DNA of 64,000 nt from the human T2T-CHM13v2.0 reference genome, Homo sapiens (GCF_009914755.1 NC_060935.1), one strand, 5' to 3'; counted from the first letter of the stretch, positions 27,308-42,710 are shown. A program made the numbers and translations. The notes: generated from the sequence alone by a model not told the origin.

Positions 27308-27810
27308 TTACATTGATGCCCCTGCAGAATAATGCAATTGAGGGCTATTAAACAGCTAATGGCTAGGCGTGAGAACTTAAGGGTCTCTTTGTAAGCAACC
27401 AGAGAAAGCCCCCTGCAATGATACAGTTGAGAAGCAGACTAAAGACAACTGTTACAAGTACAGAGCTCCAGAAATGTTTGAGAGCTCAGCAAAGAGTGTT
27501 ATTCTAAAGTCAGGGCCACATTTAGGAAAACATGAGACACTGAAACATGGCATGGGAAGGGATGCCCTTGAGGATGTTGAAGCTGCAATACCCTGAATGC
27601 TTTGGGCTTTCAGAGGTGACCCACTTTTCTGCAGTAAAAGGTAACACTTTGGTGCAGCAACAGGTATTCCCTCAGGAGCTGCTCTCACCTCTTCTGGCTG
27701 CCAGGATGGTATGTGGGGTAAAGACAGCATATTTCTTGCTGAGAATAGGCAGGGCCTGATAGAGGAGGAAGTAACTATACAACAGAATGGTTTTTAGAGT
27801 TAACTAACAT

Positions 27811-30800
27811 ATGTTCCCTGGCAAAGGCCCCACCCTCAAAGCCTGGAAACCCACGGCCCTAAATGGGAACACACATTCCTATTTTTGTACCCAAAAGTTG
27901 CCTTTTGGCCTGCCATACCCCCCTATCCTGTACCCTTATAAACCCCAGACCCCACAAGCAGATGAGGAGATGAACAGAAGAATGGCAGAACAGCAGAGAG
28001 GAGAGAAGCAGCATCTGAACGCTGAAAGCAGTTTGGCTGGGGGTGGTCAGAGAGGAGATTGACCACTGAATGGTCAAACTGCAGGAGAAGATCATCTTCC
28101 CATTCCATCCCCTTTCCAGCTCCCCACCCATCCCACTGAGCACACCATAACACATGCTTACTTGGGGTTCAGGAGTCACAGGCTCCCATCTCAGACACTG
28201 CTGTAGGGCTGGAGCCCACAGTGCTTGCCCTGGCTCCTACACCTGCCCGTCTATGTGTTCGCCTTCTCATAAGGGGTTTAAGAACACACAGCCAAACAGA
28301 TGAGCCACACCCTTGTCACATGTCCTGCGATGGGGATCAGGTAACTCATCTGGGGGCTTGTCTGGGATACAAAAAAAGCAAGTTAAAATGCAGAACTGTC
28401 AGTTCTGTCTCTTCCAAGACTCTGCCAACTGTTTCCTGGAGGTAAAGGGAATATTGGCTCTATTTCCCTTCATAGAGGTCTAGCCATCACATGGGACTGG
28501 AGTAAAGCCCTGAGGCAACTGAAGGCATCTTTTGCTGGAAGATTCCAACACTGAACTCCATTGGCCAAGACCCCCAGACTTTGTTATGGTGTCTCTTCTT
28601 TCACGGTTTGAAATGGCTCCTATCTCTTTTATAATGTTAACGGTTTTGCTACAGACTGTGGCAATGATATTAAATGATGGCATTTGGCTTAGCCATCAAA
28701 AGGTGCAGCTCAGAACCATGTGGTCTGTTCATAGAGGTGCCATCCCCACCCCTACCCCAACAGCCGCAGGTACAGGTACACGTGGTGCATGGCGCCTTCC
28801 CTTCCAGCTCAGGTGCCTCGGTGTGTCTGCAGTACACACAAGCCATGCCTAATGCCTACAAAGAGCGGGAGAAAACTGCAGCTGCCGCTGGGGCCCTGCA
28901 TGGAGGTTCTTCACCCAGGACCTCCCCCTTTTGTCCCTTAAGCTGTGGTTTTTTTCCCTTCCCCATTTTCTTTTTTTTTCCCCCTTCTCTAAGTGAGAGG
29001 GTGCCTTTTCCCAGCACTCTGCTTATGATAGAAAAAATGAAGGAGTGACCCCTGCTGGCTAATAGCTGCAAATCTGGCAGGGCCCATTTGAGACTTAGAT
29101 ACATGCAGCCCCTGAAATATTTTGTCCCAGACTCAATTCCAGGCTTCAGGACCTAGAAAGGAAAACCAGATCTGAGGAATCCAAAGCTAGGTGACAGGCA
29201 CAATGTAAATAGGCAGAACATTCCTGCTGACTAAACCCCTGCTTCGTGGAAGGAGGCCATGCTCTATGGCATAGGTAAGACTCAGGAAACTCAAAGGTTG
29301 CTGACAGTAGGGAAAATAAAGGCATAGGCAATGGTGGATAATCCCTATTCTCTAGGTGCCCCCCACTTCACAGGTGCAGGTCACAATGGCACCCATGGGT
29401 GGCATCTGTCTAGGGTCACTGGGACTTGGGGACAATAAAAAGGGAATGTCTTCCTCACACCCCAAGTTTTTGCTGAAATAAGGGAAATGAATGCCTCTAT
29501 TTCCCTTTCTTTCATAATGGGCAACCAGCTCTCTTTACCACCCCCAGCTTATACTCCTCTGGAGTGTATCCTGAACCATTGGGACTGCTTTAACCCTCAG
29601 TATCTGGAGGAAAAATGCCTCATAGCCCTCTGCACAAAGGTTTGGCCAAATTATAAAGGACTGGCTTGGCCTCAGGAAGGAGTCATTTATTTCAATACCA
29701 TTGGGAAGTTGGACCTTTTACATAGGCGTGAAGACACATGGTCTGAGGCCCCATGTGTACAGGTTTTCTATTCCTTGCAGGGCAACCCAGAGCTTTGCCA
29801 GTAGTGTAGGATTAATCCAGCCTTCTTGTTTGCCATCTCAGGAAAGGCTGTAAGGGGTAATCCCAGGGAACTAAAAAAATAAATTCCAGAGGCACCCCCA
29901 GCAGAAAAGCCAACTCCCTCCAGCCCTGCTCCTCCAGGTCCACGTCAACCTCCTTTTCCAGCATCATTCTCTCCTGCCCCCTCCTAGAAATTCTCAGCTT
30001 AGACAAGCCCCAGTCTCACTCTTGCCCTTTCAACAGATGCCTGGTGAATTTGGCCCTATTAAGGTCCAGGTCCTCTTCTCTCTACAGAACTTAAAGCAAA
30101 TTAAGGGGATCTTGGTAAGTTTTCAGATAACCCTGATATATATCATATATATATCCTCTCTCTCATATCTTCTCTTATATATGATACATATATCTCATTT
30201 ATGATATATATATATGTATAATATATTTATGGAGGCTTTTTAGAATTTAACCCAAGTATTTAGGCTCTTCTGAAAAAAATGTTACTTTGAAATCAAAACC
30301 TGATGAACACTGAGAAGCAAGCTGCTCTGCATGTGGCAGAAAAATTTGGGGATAAGCTTTGTATCACATATAGCATCAGGGAGGGAGGAAAACTCTATCC
30401 AACTGGAAGAAAGGCAGTATCAGCAAAAGACCCTCGATGGGATTCCAATGACGAGATGGGAGTCTGGAAGAGGAGACACTTTCAGGTGCATATAATAAGG
30501 GGCTTATGTAGAACTAGGACCAAGCCTCAATTATAGAAAGCTATCCATGATAGACCAGGGATTTAATAGAAGTCTCAACTGCCTTCTTGGAAAGGCTAAA
30601 AGGGCCCTTGGTAAAGCACACCTCTCTATCTCCTCATCCAGTCAAGGAACAACTAATTATGAAGGATAAGTTTATTACTCAGGCAGCCCCTGATATCAGG
30701 AGGACATTGCAGAAATGGGCCCTGGGACCAGACGGTACTTTAGAGGACCTCTGGAAAGCGGCTACCTCAGTCTTTTACAATAAAGATGGGGAGACACAAA

Positions 30801-32064
30801 AGCAGAAGCAGCTTCTGTGGCCACCAAGCAAGCCCACAAACCCCAGAATTCCCAAGGTGCACCTATTAATTGCTACACATGTGGCAAGAACAGTTACTTC
30901 TTCTAAAGTTTAGCCACTCCTGTATGAGGTTTAATTTCTTTCACCAGGGTGAAACAGCTCAGGGCACAATGTTAGTATATTTCACTTTTTAGTTCCATAA
31001 TCTTTGGCACTAGATTCTTTCCTTGTATAATACACATTTAACCTATGCATACTTAACCTTATACAAATTTCTCTTGCCTGGTGGCCAAATTCCAAATGGT
31101 CAGGCAACTGGAGCCTCAGACGATGGCTTCCTTTTGCTGAGGACCCTTTAAATAAAACTCTGGGAGAAATCTGAGTGCTGTTTTCCCTTAACCACCACCC
31201 TGTCAGCAGGAAGTAGTTAAGATTGGTCGTTATCCATATTCTAATAGCAGTTAGATGTGCCTCTTCAGAGGGGGAAATGATACCGACAAGAGACAGGGAA
31301 ATATTGGGTGGAAGAGGGCAGTTCCTCAGCAAAGGCCCCACTCTCAAGCCTGGAAAACTGTGGCCCTAAATGGGAACAGGCATTCCCATTTCCATGCCCC
31401 AAAGTTGCCTTTTGGCCTGCCATGCCCCCCTATCCTGTACCCATATAAGCCCCAGACCCCAGGCTCCAGAAACATATGAGCAGATGAGCAGACAAGGAAA
31501 TGAACAGAAGAGCAGAAGAACAGAACAGCATGGCAAGGAGAAAAGGAACATATGAACTCAGTTTGGCTGGGGGTGGTCAGAGAGGAGATTGGCCACTGGA
31601 TGGCCAAACCCCAGGGGAAGATTATCTTCCCACTCCATCCCCTTTCCAGCTCCCCACCCATCTGGCTGAGAGCCACATCCACCATTCAAAACCCCCACAT
31701 TTGTCCTTCAAGTTCACGTGTAACCTGATTTTTCCTGGACCCCAGACAAGAGCTCAGGATACAGAAAGCTGTCACACTGGCCCTCTGCCCTTGCAAAAAG
31801 GCAGAGGGTCCACTGAGCTGTTTAATGCTTCAGCCATCTGCAGATGGCAAGGATAAAATAACATACTGTTACACGTCCACTTGAGCTTCAGGAGTCATAG
31901 GTTCCTGCCCCTGCATGCTGCTGTGGGGCTGGAGCACCAGGTCCTGCACCTGCCCAACTGCATGCTCCCCCCTCCTGTAAGGTGTTAAGTGTGCATGGCT
32001 GTCGAACAGATGAGCCACGCCCCTGTCACATGTTCTGCAATGGGGGCCGGGGAACTCTGTTTCA
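27811..32064 (+). mobile_element. ERV1 non-autonomous provirus (LTR1/LTR27-group LTRs, HUERS-P2-like internal)
   Basis: Truncated 5' LTR ~27811-28345, leader, gag remnants, short env-tail-like segment, PPT AGAGGGGGAAA (31267-31277), complete 3' LTR TGATAC...GTTTCA (31278-32064). Confidence 0.85.
29517..30900 (+). pseudogene. Disrupted class I ERV gag (matrix-capsid-zinc knuckle)
   Basis: MGNQLS..TPLECILNHWD..WPQEG..LDL matrix; KDKFITQAAPDIRR capsid; CYTCGK knuckle remnant; stops, frameshifts and a TA-rich tract at ~30135-30228. Confidence 0.88.
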
Positions 32065-35000
32065 CTAGGGTGGCTCTTGTAAGCCTGAGAAGTAGTGACG
32101 ACCAGTGCTCAGCAAAGCAAAAATACTTAGATTGCCCTGGAAGAAGGTAGAGGAAGAAGAGGGATGGGAATATATTATAATAGATATATAAGGGCAGAAG
32201 ATCCAGGGGATTATGTCCAATGAGACAATCCAGAGGACAATATTCACCAAGGCCATCATAAATGATCTGATGACAAGGACACCAACACTATTTAGTGCAG
32301 TGATGGCTTTCTTCAGGCCAGAACACATGGGAACAGAGGTAGTCAGACATAGCCTTATCAATACCTACGGGGATAAGGGGGCTATAGTGAGGCCAGGTAG
32401 TAACATCTAACCCTGAGAAGTCAAAAGGCTGCAGTTCTACAAGAGCTGGCAAGGTCAGAGGAGACACTAAGCGGGCTTGACCCAGAGAGTTGGAGATTGC
32501 TAAGCATTGCCCCCCAAGGACCAAATTAGATATGCAACCAGCAAGGCTCTGCTCACCACTTATGAACAAGGCAAAAATGGAGGATCAGATGGTCACTAAT
32601 GAAGTCACAATTTCTTGCCTAGTTCCCAAACTTGTGTCAGTTTCTAGATCTAGAACTCATTGAAGAGGTACCTGAATCCTTGTAGAAAAGTCCTCATTAT
32701 ATAACATGATTATCATAGTTCCTTCTCAAAGTTACCTATGATAATTTACTCAGGCAATTGTACTTTGGGGAAAGAACTAGACATTAAGGATTACTGAACA
32801 GTTTGAGTTGACATTGATATCTAGAAATTGGAAGTATAGTCATTGTTCCTTTATTTACTGCATAGACTAATACCTAGAATAGAGTCCCTACTTTAAACAG
32901 TCTCCATGTATCCTGGTTCCACAGACCCAACTCACTGGTTATTTTTCTAGTCACTTAACAAAAAGTTAAATTACTATGCCAGGTTTTTTGAATAACTACC
33001 ATATAGAATTTGTTCTGAAAATGCCCTCCCCACCAAAATAGAAGACTTTAAATGCGTGATACAAAACTTGGCAGTTTTATTGTTTTCTATTCCAGTTATA
33101 AGAGGATCAGAAAGTTCATATTCATATGGGATAGAAAACAGGACTCATACAGTTTGCCTCAGGGGCACATTAACTCTACTGTCATGTGTCATAATATAGT
33201 CCTAAAAGACAGGGACTGCCTGAACATCCCAGAGAACATCGCAGTGATCCAATGGTATCACATTGATTGTGCCAAACACACACGAGGTGCTTTGTACAGT
33301 AAAGGCCTTAGTAAGACACATGCTCCAGAAGGTAGAGATAAATCCAAAGAATTTTTAGGACCCATGATGTCAATAGTATTTAATTAGGTCCAATGATCAG
33401 AGTTACATTGAATGTCTCCAGAGTAAAGAAGCAGACTTCATCTTGCATTCTCTATCCCAAAGAGGAGGGCACAATGAATCGTAAGCCTCTTTGGATTCTG
33501 GAGATAACATTTGTCACCTAGGAATCCTGCCCTGGCCCATACATAAAAAGTCATAAAAAGCTTCCAACTTTAAGAGGGCCCAAAGCAGGAATGAGTGCTA
33601 CAGCAGGTCCAGGCTTTGGTGAAAGCATCACTGCCACTTAAGCCTTAGGAACTGACAGACTAGTGTTGGAGGTACCAGTGCTATGAAGAGATGCAGGATG
33701 AAGCTTATGGAATTATCACTATAGAGATCCCTGGTATTTTGAAATCAGTCTTATCTAGAGCAAAACAATTGTAGATCTTTTGAGAAATAGCTCCTGGTAT
33801 TTTACTGGGCTGTGCTCATGGGGTACCAAGTGATCATGTATTCAAAGCAGCCTCTTGTGAACTGGGTTTGTCTGACCTACTATACCACAGACTTCCACTA
33901 TACCTGTCCAGGTCTATGAGATGGAAGTGGTTAATCTGGGACCAAGCCTGACAAAACCAGAGAGCATAAGTAAGTTGCATGAGCAGGCAGCCCAGACTCA
34001 AGGTACCCGCAATATTTGCACTAGTCCTCCTTCCTCACATCCCATCTGTGGCCCTATGGAGTAGTGCCATATGACCAACTAAAGGAAAAAAGCTAGAGCC
34101 TGTTTACAAATGAGTTGGCAAGCCATGGTCTAAGATGCATGGCACGTGCATTACAGGCATATCCAGGGGCAGTTTCAAGAGAGTGGAGAAGTAGTGTTCA
34201 ATTAGTGAAACTTGTTATACCTGGTTATCCACTTCCTGTGGAAGAAAAAGTGGCCCAAGATGAGAATTTCTCTAAATCCCTGGGCAGTGGTCAATGGCCT
34301 TCTGTCTGGTCAGGGGCTTAGGGACCAGATGATTAGAAGCAAGAAGGACTGGGAGAGGGGCATAAATATAAGTATATGGGAGTTAGGCACAAATTGTGAA
34401 GATTCTTGTATCTGTAAAAGACATCTACCAGAAGAGACACTAAACAATCAAGTGGGTGAACTGATTCTGCCAGTTGAAATTATCTAGCTTTCATTGTTCA
34501 GTTCAGAACTGGAATTATGGGTTACAGAAGTGGCATCAGTGGCAGCAGAAGATCCTATGTATGGTTCCAACCATGCAGGCTCCCATTGGCCAACTTTGAC
34601 TAGCTGCTGCCACCACCTCTGGATATTCAATCTGTCAGATCAACACTGAAGCCCAGATGTATTGCTCCTCAAGGAGGCCACTCAGTGGCAGTTCAGAACT
34701 ACATTGAGCCTCTTTATTCTGGAAGGGCCAGTGGTTTCTACTTCCAATTATGTTTGTTTTGGGCATGGGTTTTTGCCTTTCTTGTCCACAGAGCCTTGGC
34801 TATTAGTACTGCTTTGAAGCCTTCCAAAATCCCTTGTCTATAGGCAAGGGACCCCACATGGCACAAGATCAAAGGAGTAGACATGTTTCACAGCAAAGGA
34901 TATGCAGGATAGAATAGGGCTGCTGACCATGGGATTTTATTAGTAGTATGACATTATCTCGACTACCAGAAGCAGCTGGCCTCAGAATATTGAGGCTACC

Positions 35001-36384
35001 TTCTAAGAACCCAACTAAAGCAGCATCTCAGAAAACACTTCACGGAAGCAGAATGTTAGCCTTCAGAATACATTATGTGTGTTTAATTAGATCAATATGG
35101 TGCTGAGTCTCCAATAGGAGAAATACCATATACCAGAAGCCAAGGGGGTAAAAACAGGAATATCCTTATGTAGTCATTTCTAATAGTCCACTAGGAGACT
35201 TACTTCCCATCTCTGGAAGTCTTGGCTCTGCAGGGTTGGAGATTCTGATTCCCAAAACGGGTTCACTATGGGCAAGGTCCCATTGAGCTACAACTTACAG
35301 CTGCCATCAGGATACCTTGGACTACTATGACCTGGGACCAACAGGTGAGGAGAAGTTGCCATACTGGCAAAAGTAATTGATCTTGATTAGCGGGAAGAGA
35401 GGGTTGCCTTTATACAATGTATGAAGGAAGAGATATGTAAAATATGTGAAGCCAGATGATCCATTTGGACATTTTCTGGTGCTTCCTTGACCCATTGTGA
35501 CTATGGGCATACATGTGGATCATTCCCCAGATAAGGGTATGATTAACGTGTCAGTCCCCTCAAGAATAAAGGATTGGGGCCACCCTATTAGGTAAGCCAC
35601 CAAGATTTGCAATGGCAATAGTGGAAAGTGAGAAGAATTGAGCAGCGAAGGAATGGCAGGGAAGAGTAGTGGCCTAAAACTTCAGAGACAAGGGCTGTAG
35701 TTTGTTCTACTAATCTTCTAAGTTTCCCCTTCAGCAAGGGAGGCCCACTGGAGCTATGAAGATGCTCCCCACATCTGTTTGAAGGAGATCCATGCAGTAC
35801 AAGAACAGACTGTGGTGGCCATGAAAACATGCCTTTCAGATTTGAATGCAGTGAGCATATTTGATGGCCTCAGTCACTGTGCTCTAGAAATACATGGCAT
35901 TGTCTAGACTTCACTTCCCTTTGGTTGTTTCTGACCAATGAATGAGCACAGAGCTATTAAGACAGTTCTAATCCTGTGAGATGCTGGACTCCTTATAGGT
36001 GCCTTTGGTTCAAGGTCTCCATTAACCTTGCCAAGACTTAGAGATGCACAGAAACCTAAGACCCTCCTTATTTTCCTTCCGTCCTCCCAAAGATGATACT
36101 TGGATTGTGACCTCATGGCTTTTCTAAGCCTCTTGAGATCCCTCTTCTCCATCTTCCTTTATGGCCATTTTCCCCTCCAGCCTCCTTCAATAAACCTCTG
36201 AGATATCTAATTCTATCTTTTTTTTGGAAAGATCCATTCTAACACAATTATGGCAAGTCCCACAGGAAAATCTTCAACTTTATGCCCACAGCAGTCTGTT
36301 GTTGGGAAGAATACCTGTTATGAGTAGAGTCCCTTGAGATCTCTTTTCAAAGACTTCTTTCAAAGCCATTTAGGAAGGAATGAA

Positions 36385-39300
36385 GGAGGGAGGGGCCAAG
36401 ATGGCCAAATAGGAACAGCTCTGGTCTGCAGCTCCCAGCAAGACCAATGCAGAAGGCAGGTGATTTCCGCATTTCCAACTGAGTTACCCAGTTCATCTCA
36501 TTGAGACTGGTTTGATAGTGGGTACAACCCACAGAGTGGGAAGCAGCAGCATGAGGCATTGCTTCACCTGGGAAGTGCAAGGAGTTGGGGGACCTCCCTC
36601 CCCCAGCCAAGGGAAGCTATGAGGGACTGTGCTACCTGGCCCGGGTACTACATTTTTTCCAGTTTTTGCAATGCACAGATCAGGAGACTCCCTTTTGTGC
36701 CTATACCACCAGGGCCCTGGGTTTTAAGCACAAAACTGGGTGACTGTTTGGACAGATGTCGAGCTAGCTCTGCAGGAGTTTTTTTTCGAACCCCAGTGGT
36801 GTCTGGAACCCCAGTGAGACAATCGTTCATTCTCCTGGAAAGGGGGCTGAAGCCAGGGAGCCAAGCGGTCTCGTTTAGCAGGTCCCAACTCCCATGTAGC
36901 CCAGCAAGCTAAGAACCACTGGCTTGAAATTCTCACTGCCAGCACAGCAGTGTGGAGTCGGCCTGGGATGATAGAGCTTGGTAGGGGGAGGGGCATCCGC
37001 TATTACTGAGGCCTTAGTAGGCAATTTTCCCCTGAGTGCTAAGGAGACTGGGAGGTTTGGGTTGGGCAGAATTCATCACAGCATGGCAAAGCTGCTGTGG
37101 CCAGAATGCTTCTCTAGATTCCCCCTCAATGGGCAGGGCATCTCTGAAGGAAAACAGCCCAGTCAGGGGCTTATACACAAAACTCTCATCTCCCTGGGAC
37201 AGCACCTGGAGGGAGGGGCGGCTGTGGGTGCAGATCAGTGGACCTAATCTTTCCTGCCTGCCAGCTCTGAAGAGAGCAGCTGATTCTGACAAGGGATTCT
37301 CCCAGCACAGCGCACCAGATCTGTTAAGGGACAGACTGCCTTCTCAAGTGGGTCCCTGACCCCCATGCCTCCTGACTAGGAGAGGCCTCCCAACAAGGGT
37401 TGACACAGACACCTCATACAGGAGAGCTCTGACTGGCATTAGGCCAGTGCCCCTCTGGGATGAAGCTTCCAGAGAAAGGAGCAGACAGCAATGTTTGCTG
37501 TTCTGTAGACTCTACTGGTAATACCCAGGCAAACAGGGTCTGGAGTGGACCTCCAGCAAACTGCAGCAGACCTGCAGAAGAAGGGCCTGTTAGAAGAAAA
37601 ACTAATAAACAGAAAGCAATAACGTCATCAAGACAGACCCCCATGCAAAAAACCCCATCCAAGTCATCAGCCTCAAAGATCAAAGGTAGATAAATTCTTG
37701 AAGATGAGGAAAAGTCAGCACAAAAATGTTGAAAATTCCAAAAACCAGAGTGCTTCTTCTCCAAATGATCACAACTCCTCTCCAGCAAGGGCACAAAACT
37801 GGACTGAGAATGAGATTGACAAATTGACAGAAGCAGGCTTCAGAAGGTGGGTAATAAACTCTTCTGAGCTAAAGGAGCATGTTTTAACCCAGTGCAATGA
37901 GGCCAAAAATCTTGATAAAAGGTTACAGGAATTGCTAACTAGAAGAACCAGTTTAGCGAAGAACATAAATGACCTGGGGGAGCTGAAAAAACAGCATGAG
38001 AACTTTGTGAAGCATACACAAACATCAGTAGCCAAATCAAATTAAGCAGAAGAAAAGATATGAGACTGAAGATCACCTTACTGAAAAATAAGGTGTGAAG
38101 ACAAGATTAGGGAAAAAAGAATGAAAAGGAATGAACAAAGCCTCCAAGAAATATGGGACTATGTCAAAAGACCAAACCTATGTTTGATTGGGGTACATGA
38201 AAGTGACAGGGAGAATGGAACCAAGTTGGGAAACACACTTCAGGATATTATCCAGGAGAATTTCCCCAACCTAGCAAGACAGGCCAACATTGAAATTCAG
38301 AAAATACAGAGGCCACCACTAAGATACTCGAGAAGAACAACCTCAAGATACATAAGCATCAGACTCTCCAAGGTTAAAATGAAGGAAAAACTATTAAGGG
38401 CAGCCAGAGAGAAAGGTCAGGTTACCTACAAAGGGAAGCCGATCAGACTAACAGCAGATCTCTCTGCAGAAACTCTGCAAGCTGGAAGAGTGGGGCCCAA
38501 TATTCAACACTCTTAAAAGAATTTGACCTAGAATTTCATATCCAGCCAAACTAAGCTTCATAAGCTGAGAAATAAAATCCTTTACAGACAAGCAAATGCT
38601 GAAGGATTTTGTCACCACCAGGCCTGCCTTACAAGAGCTCCTGAAGGAAGCACTAAATATGGAAAGGAAAAACCAGCATCAGCCACTGCAAAAGTACACC
38701 AAAATATAAAGACCAATGACACTATGAAGAAACTGCAACTAACATGCAAAATAACCAGCTAGCATTATGATAACAGGATCAAATTCACACAGAACAATAT
38801 TAACCTTAAATTTAAATGGGCTAAATGCCCCAATTAAAAGATACAGACTGGCAAATTGGATAGTCAAGACCTATCGGTGTGCTGTATTCAGGAGACCTAG
38901 TTCATATGCAAAGACACACATTCGTTCAAGAGAAAGGGATGGAGGAATATTTACCAAGCAAATGGAAAACAAAAAAGCAGGGGTTGCAATCCTAGTCTCT
39001 GATAAAACAGACTTTAAACCAACAAAGATCAAAAAAGATAAGGGCATTACATAAAGTTTACATTTATGTCATCAGTCCAACAAGAGCAGCTAACTCTCCT
39101 AAATATATATGCACCCAATTCAAGAGCACGTAGATTCATAAAACAAGTTCTTAGAGACCTACAAAGAGACTTAGACTCCCACACAATAATGGGAGACTTC
39201 AATACCCCACTATCAATATTAGACTGATCAACGAAACAGAAAATGAAGATATTCAGGACCTGAACTCAGCTTTGGACCAAGTGGACCTAATAGACATCTA

Positions 39301-42300
39301 CAGAATCCTCTGCCACAAATCAATATACATGATTCTCAGCAACACACAGCACTTATTCTAAAATTGACCACATAATTGGAAGTAAAGCACTCCTCAGCAA
39401 ATGCAAAAGAATGGAAATCGTAAGTCTCAGACCACAGTGGAATCAAATTAGAACTCAGGATTAAAAAACTCAAAACCACACAACTGCATGGAAATTGAAC
39501 AACCTGTTCCTGAATGACTACTGGGTAAATAATGAAATTAAGGCAGAAATAAAGTTTTTTGAAATCAATGAGAACAAAGACAACATACCAGGATCTGTGG
39601 GACACAGCTAAAGCAGTGTTAAGAGGGACATTTATAGCACTAAATACCCACATCAGAAAGCTGGAAAGATCTGAAATTGAGATCCTAACATCAAAATTAA
39701 AAGAACTTCAGAAGCAAGAGCAAACAAACTCAAATGCTAGCAGACAAGAAATAACTAAGGTCAGAGCAGAACTGAAGTAGAGACACTAAAAACACTTCAA
39801 AAAAAAAAAAAAAAAAAACCAGCTCCTGATTTACTAAAGAGATTAACAAAATAGAACACTAGCTAGACTTTAATAAAGAGAAGAATCAAATAGACAATAC
39901 ACGATAAAGGGAATATCACCACTGATCCCACAGGAATACAAACTACCATCAGAGAATACTATAAACACCTCTATGCAAACTAGAAAATCTAGAGAAATGG
40001 ATAAATTCCTGGACACTTACACCCTCCCAAGACTAAAACAGCAAGAAGTCAAATCCCTGAGTAGACCAATTAACAAGTTCTGAAATTGAGACAGTAATTA
40101 ATAGTCTACCAACCAAAAAAAGCCCAGGACCAGATGTATTCACAGCCGAATTCTTCCAGAGGTACAAAGAGAAGCTGGTACCATTCCTTCTGAAACTACT
40201 CCAAGTAGAAAAAAAAGGACTCCTCCCTAACTCATTTTATGAGGCCAGCATCATCCTGATGCCAAAAACCTGGCAGAAACACAACAAAAAGAAAATTTCG
40301 GGCCAGTATCCCTGATGAACATTGATGCAAAAATCCTCAATAAAATATTGGCAAACTGAATCCAGCAGCACATCAAAAAAGCTTATCCACCACGATCAAG
40401 TTGGCTTCATCCCTGGGATGCAAGGGTGGTTCAACATTGATTTATGCAAATCAATAAACATAATTCATCAAATAAACAGAACCAATGACAAAAAACAGAT
40501 GATTATCTCAATAGATGTGGAAAAGGCCCTTGAAAAAATTCAACATCCTTCATGCTAAAATCTCTCGAACTAAGTATTGATGAAACATATCTCAAGATAA
40601 GAGCTATGACAACCCATAGCCAATATAATACTGAATGAGCAAAAGCTGGAAGCATCCCCCTTTGAAAACTGGCACAAGACAAGGATGCTGTCTCTCATCA
40701 CTCCTATTCAACATAGTATTGGAAGTTCTGGCTAGGGCAATCAGGCAAGAGGAAGAAAAACGGTATTCAAATAGAAAAGAAGTCAAATTGTCTGTTTGCA
40801 GATGACATGATTGTGAATTTAGAAAACCCCATAGTCTCAGCCTCAAAACTCCTTAAGCTGGTAAGCAACTTCAGCAAAGTCTCAGGATACAAAATCAATG
40901 TGCAAAAATCACAAGCATTCCTATACACCAATAATAGACAAGCAGAGAGCCAAATCATGAATGAACTCCCATTCACAATTGCTACAAAGAGAATAAAATA
41001 CCTAGGAATCCAACTTACAAGGGATGTGAAGGACCTCTTCAAGGAGAACTACAAACCAATGCTCAATGAAATGAGAGGGTACAAATAAATGGAAACACAT
41101 TCCATGCTCATGGATAAGAAGAATCAATATCATAAAAATGGCTATACTGCCCAAAGTAATTTATAGATTCAATGCTATTCCCATCAAGCTACCATTGACT
41201 TTCTTCACAGAATTAGAAAAAACTTTAAATTTCATATGGAACCAAAAAAGAGCCCATATCACCACGACAATCCTAAGAAACACCACACACCACACACCAC
41301 ACACAGCTGGAGGCATCATGCTACCTGACTTCAAACTATACTGCAAAGCTACAATAACCAAAACAGCATGGTACTGGTACCAAAACAGATGTATAGGCCA
41401 ATGTAACAGAACAGAGGACTCAAATACCACCACACATCTACAACCATCTGACCTTCAAACAAACCTGACAAAAACAAGCAATGGGGAAAGGATTCCCTAT
41501 TTAATAAGTGGTGCTGGGAAAACTGGCTAGCCATATGCAGAAAACTGAAACTGTACTCCTTCCTTACACCTCATACAAAAATTAACTCAAGATGGATTAA
41601 AAACTTTAGAAGAAAACCTAGGCAATACCATTCAGGACATAAGCATAGGCAAAGACTTCATGACAAGAACACCAAAAGCAATGGCAACAAAAGCCAAAAT
41701 TGACAAATGGGATTAATTTAACTAGAAGGGCTTCTGCACAGCAAAAGAAACTATCAGAGTGAACAGGCAAACTACAGAATGGGAGAAAATTTTTGCAATC
41801 TACCATCTGACAAAGGACTAATATCCAGAATCTACAGGGAACTTAAATTTACAAGAAAAAACCCAACCCCATGAAGAAGTGGGCAAACGATATGAACAGA
41901 CACTTCTGAGAAGACATTTATGAGGCCAAACACGAAAAATAGCTCATTACTGGTCGTTAGAGAAACGCAAATCAAAACCACAATGAGATACAATTGCACA
42001 CCAGTTAGACTGGCGATTTTTAAAAAGTCAGGAAACAACAGATGCTGGAGAGGATGTGGAGAAGTAGGAATGCTTTTACACTGTTGGTGGGAGTGTAGAT
42101 TAGTTCAACCATCATGGAAGACAGTGTGGCAATTCCTCAAGCATCTAGAACCAGAAATACCATTTGACCCAGCAATCCCATTACTGGGTATATACCCAAA
42201 GGATGATAAAGTCATTCTACTAGAAAGACACACGCATATGTATGTTTATTGCGGACCTGTTCACAATAGCAAAGACTTGGAAACCACCCAAATGCCCATC

Positions 42301-42710
42301 AATGATGGACTGGATAAAGAAAATTTGGCACATGTACACCATGGAATACTATGCAGCCATAAAAAATGAGTTCATGTCCTTTGCAGGGACATGGATGAAG
42401 CTGGAAACCATCATTCTCAGCAAACTAACAGGAACAGAAAACCAAACGCCTCATGTTCTCATGCATGGGAGTTGAACAATGAGAACACATGGACACACGG
42501 AGAGGAATATCACATACTGGGGCCTGTCGAGGGGTAGGGGGCTAGGGGAGGGAGAGCAGTAGGATGAATACCCAATGCATGGAAGGCATAAAACCTAGAT
42601 GGGTTGATAGGTGCAGGTTGATGGGTGCAGCAAGCCACCATGGCATATGTATACCTACGTAACATTCTGTACATGTATCCCAGAATTAAAAAAAAAAAAA
42701 AAAAGAAAAA
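36385..42710 (+). mobile_element. Full-length L1PA7/8-like LINE-1, inactivated
   Basis: GGGGCCAAGATGGCC 5' end, ORF1 and ORF2 remnants across frames, L1PA8-like 3' UTR (AAAACCTAGATG), poly-A tail; no clean TSD seen. Confidence 0.93.
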
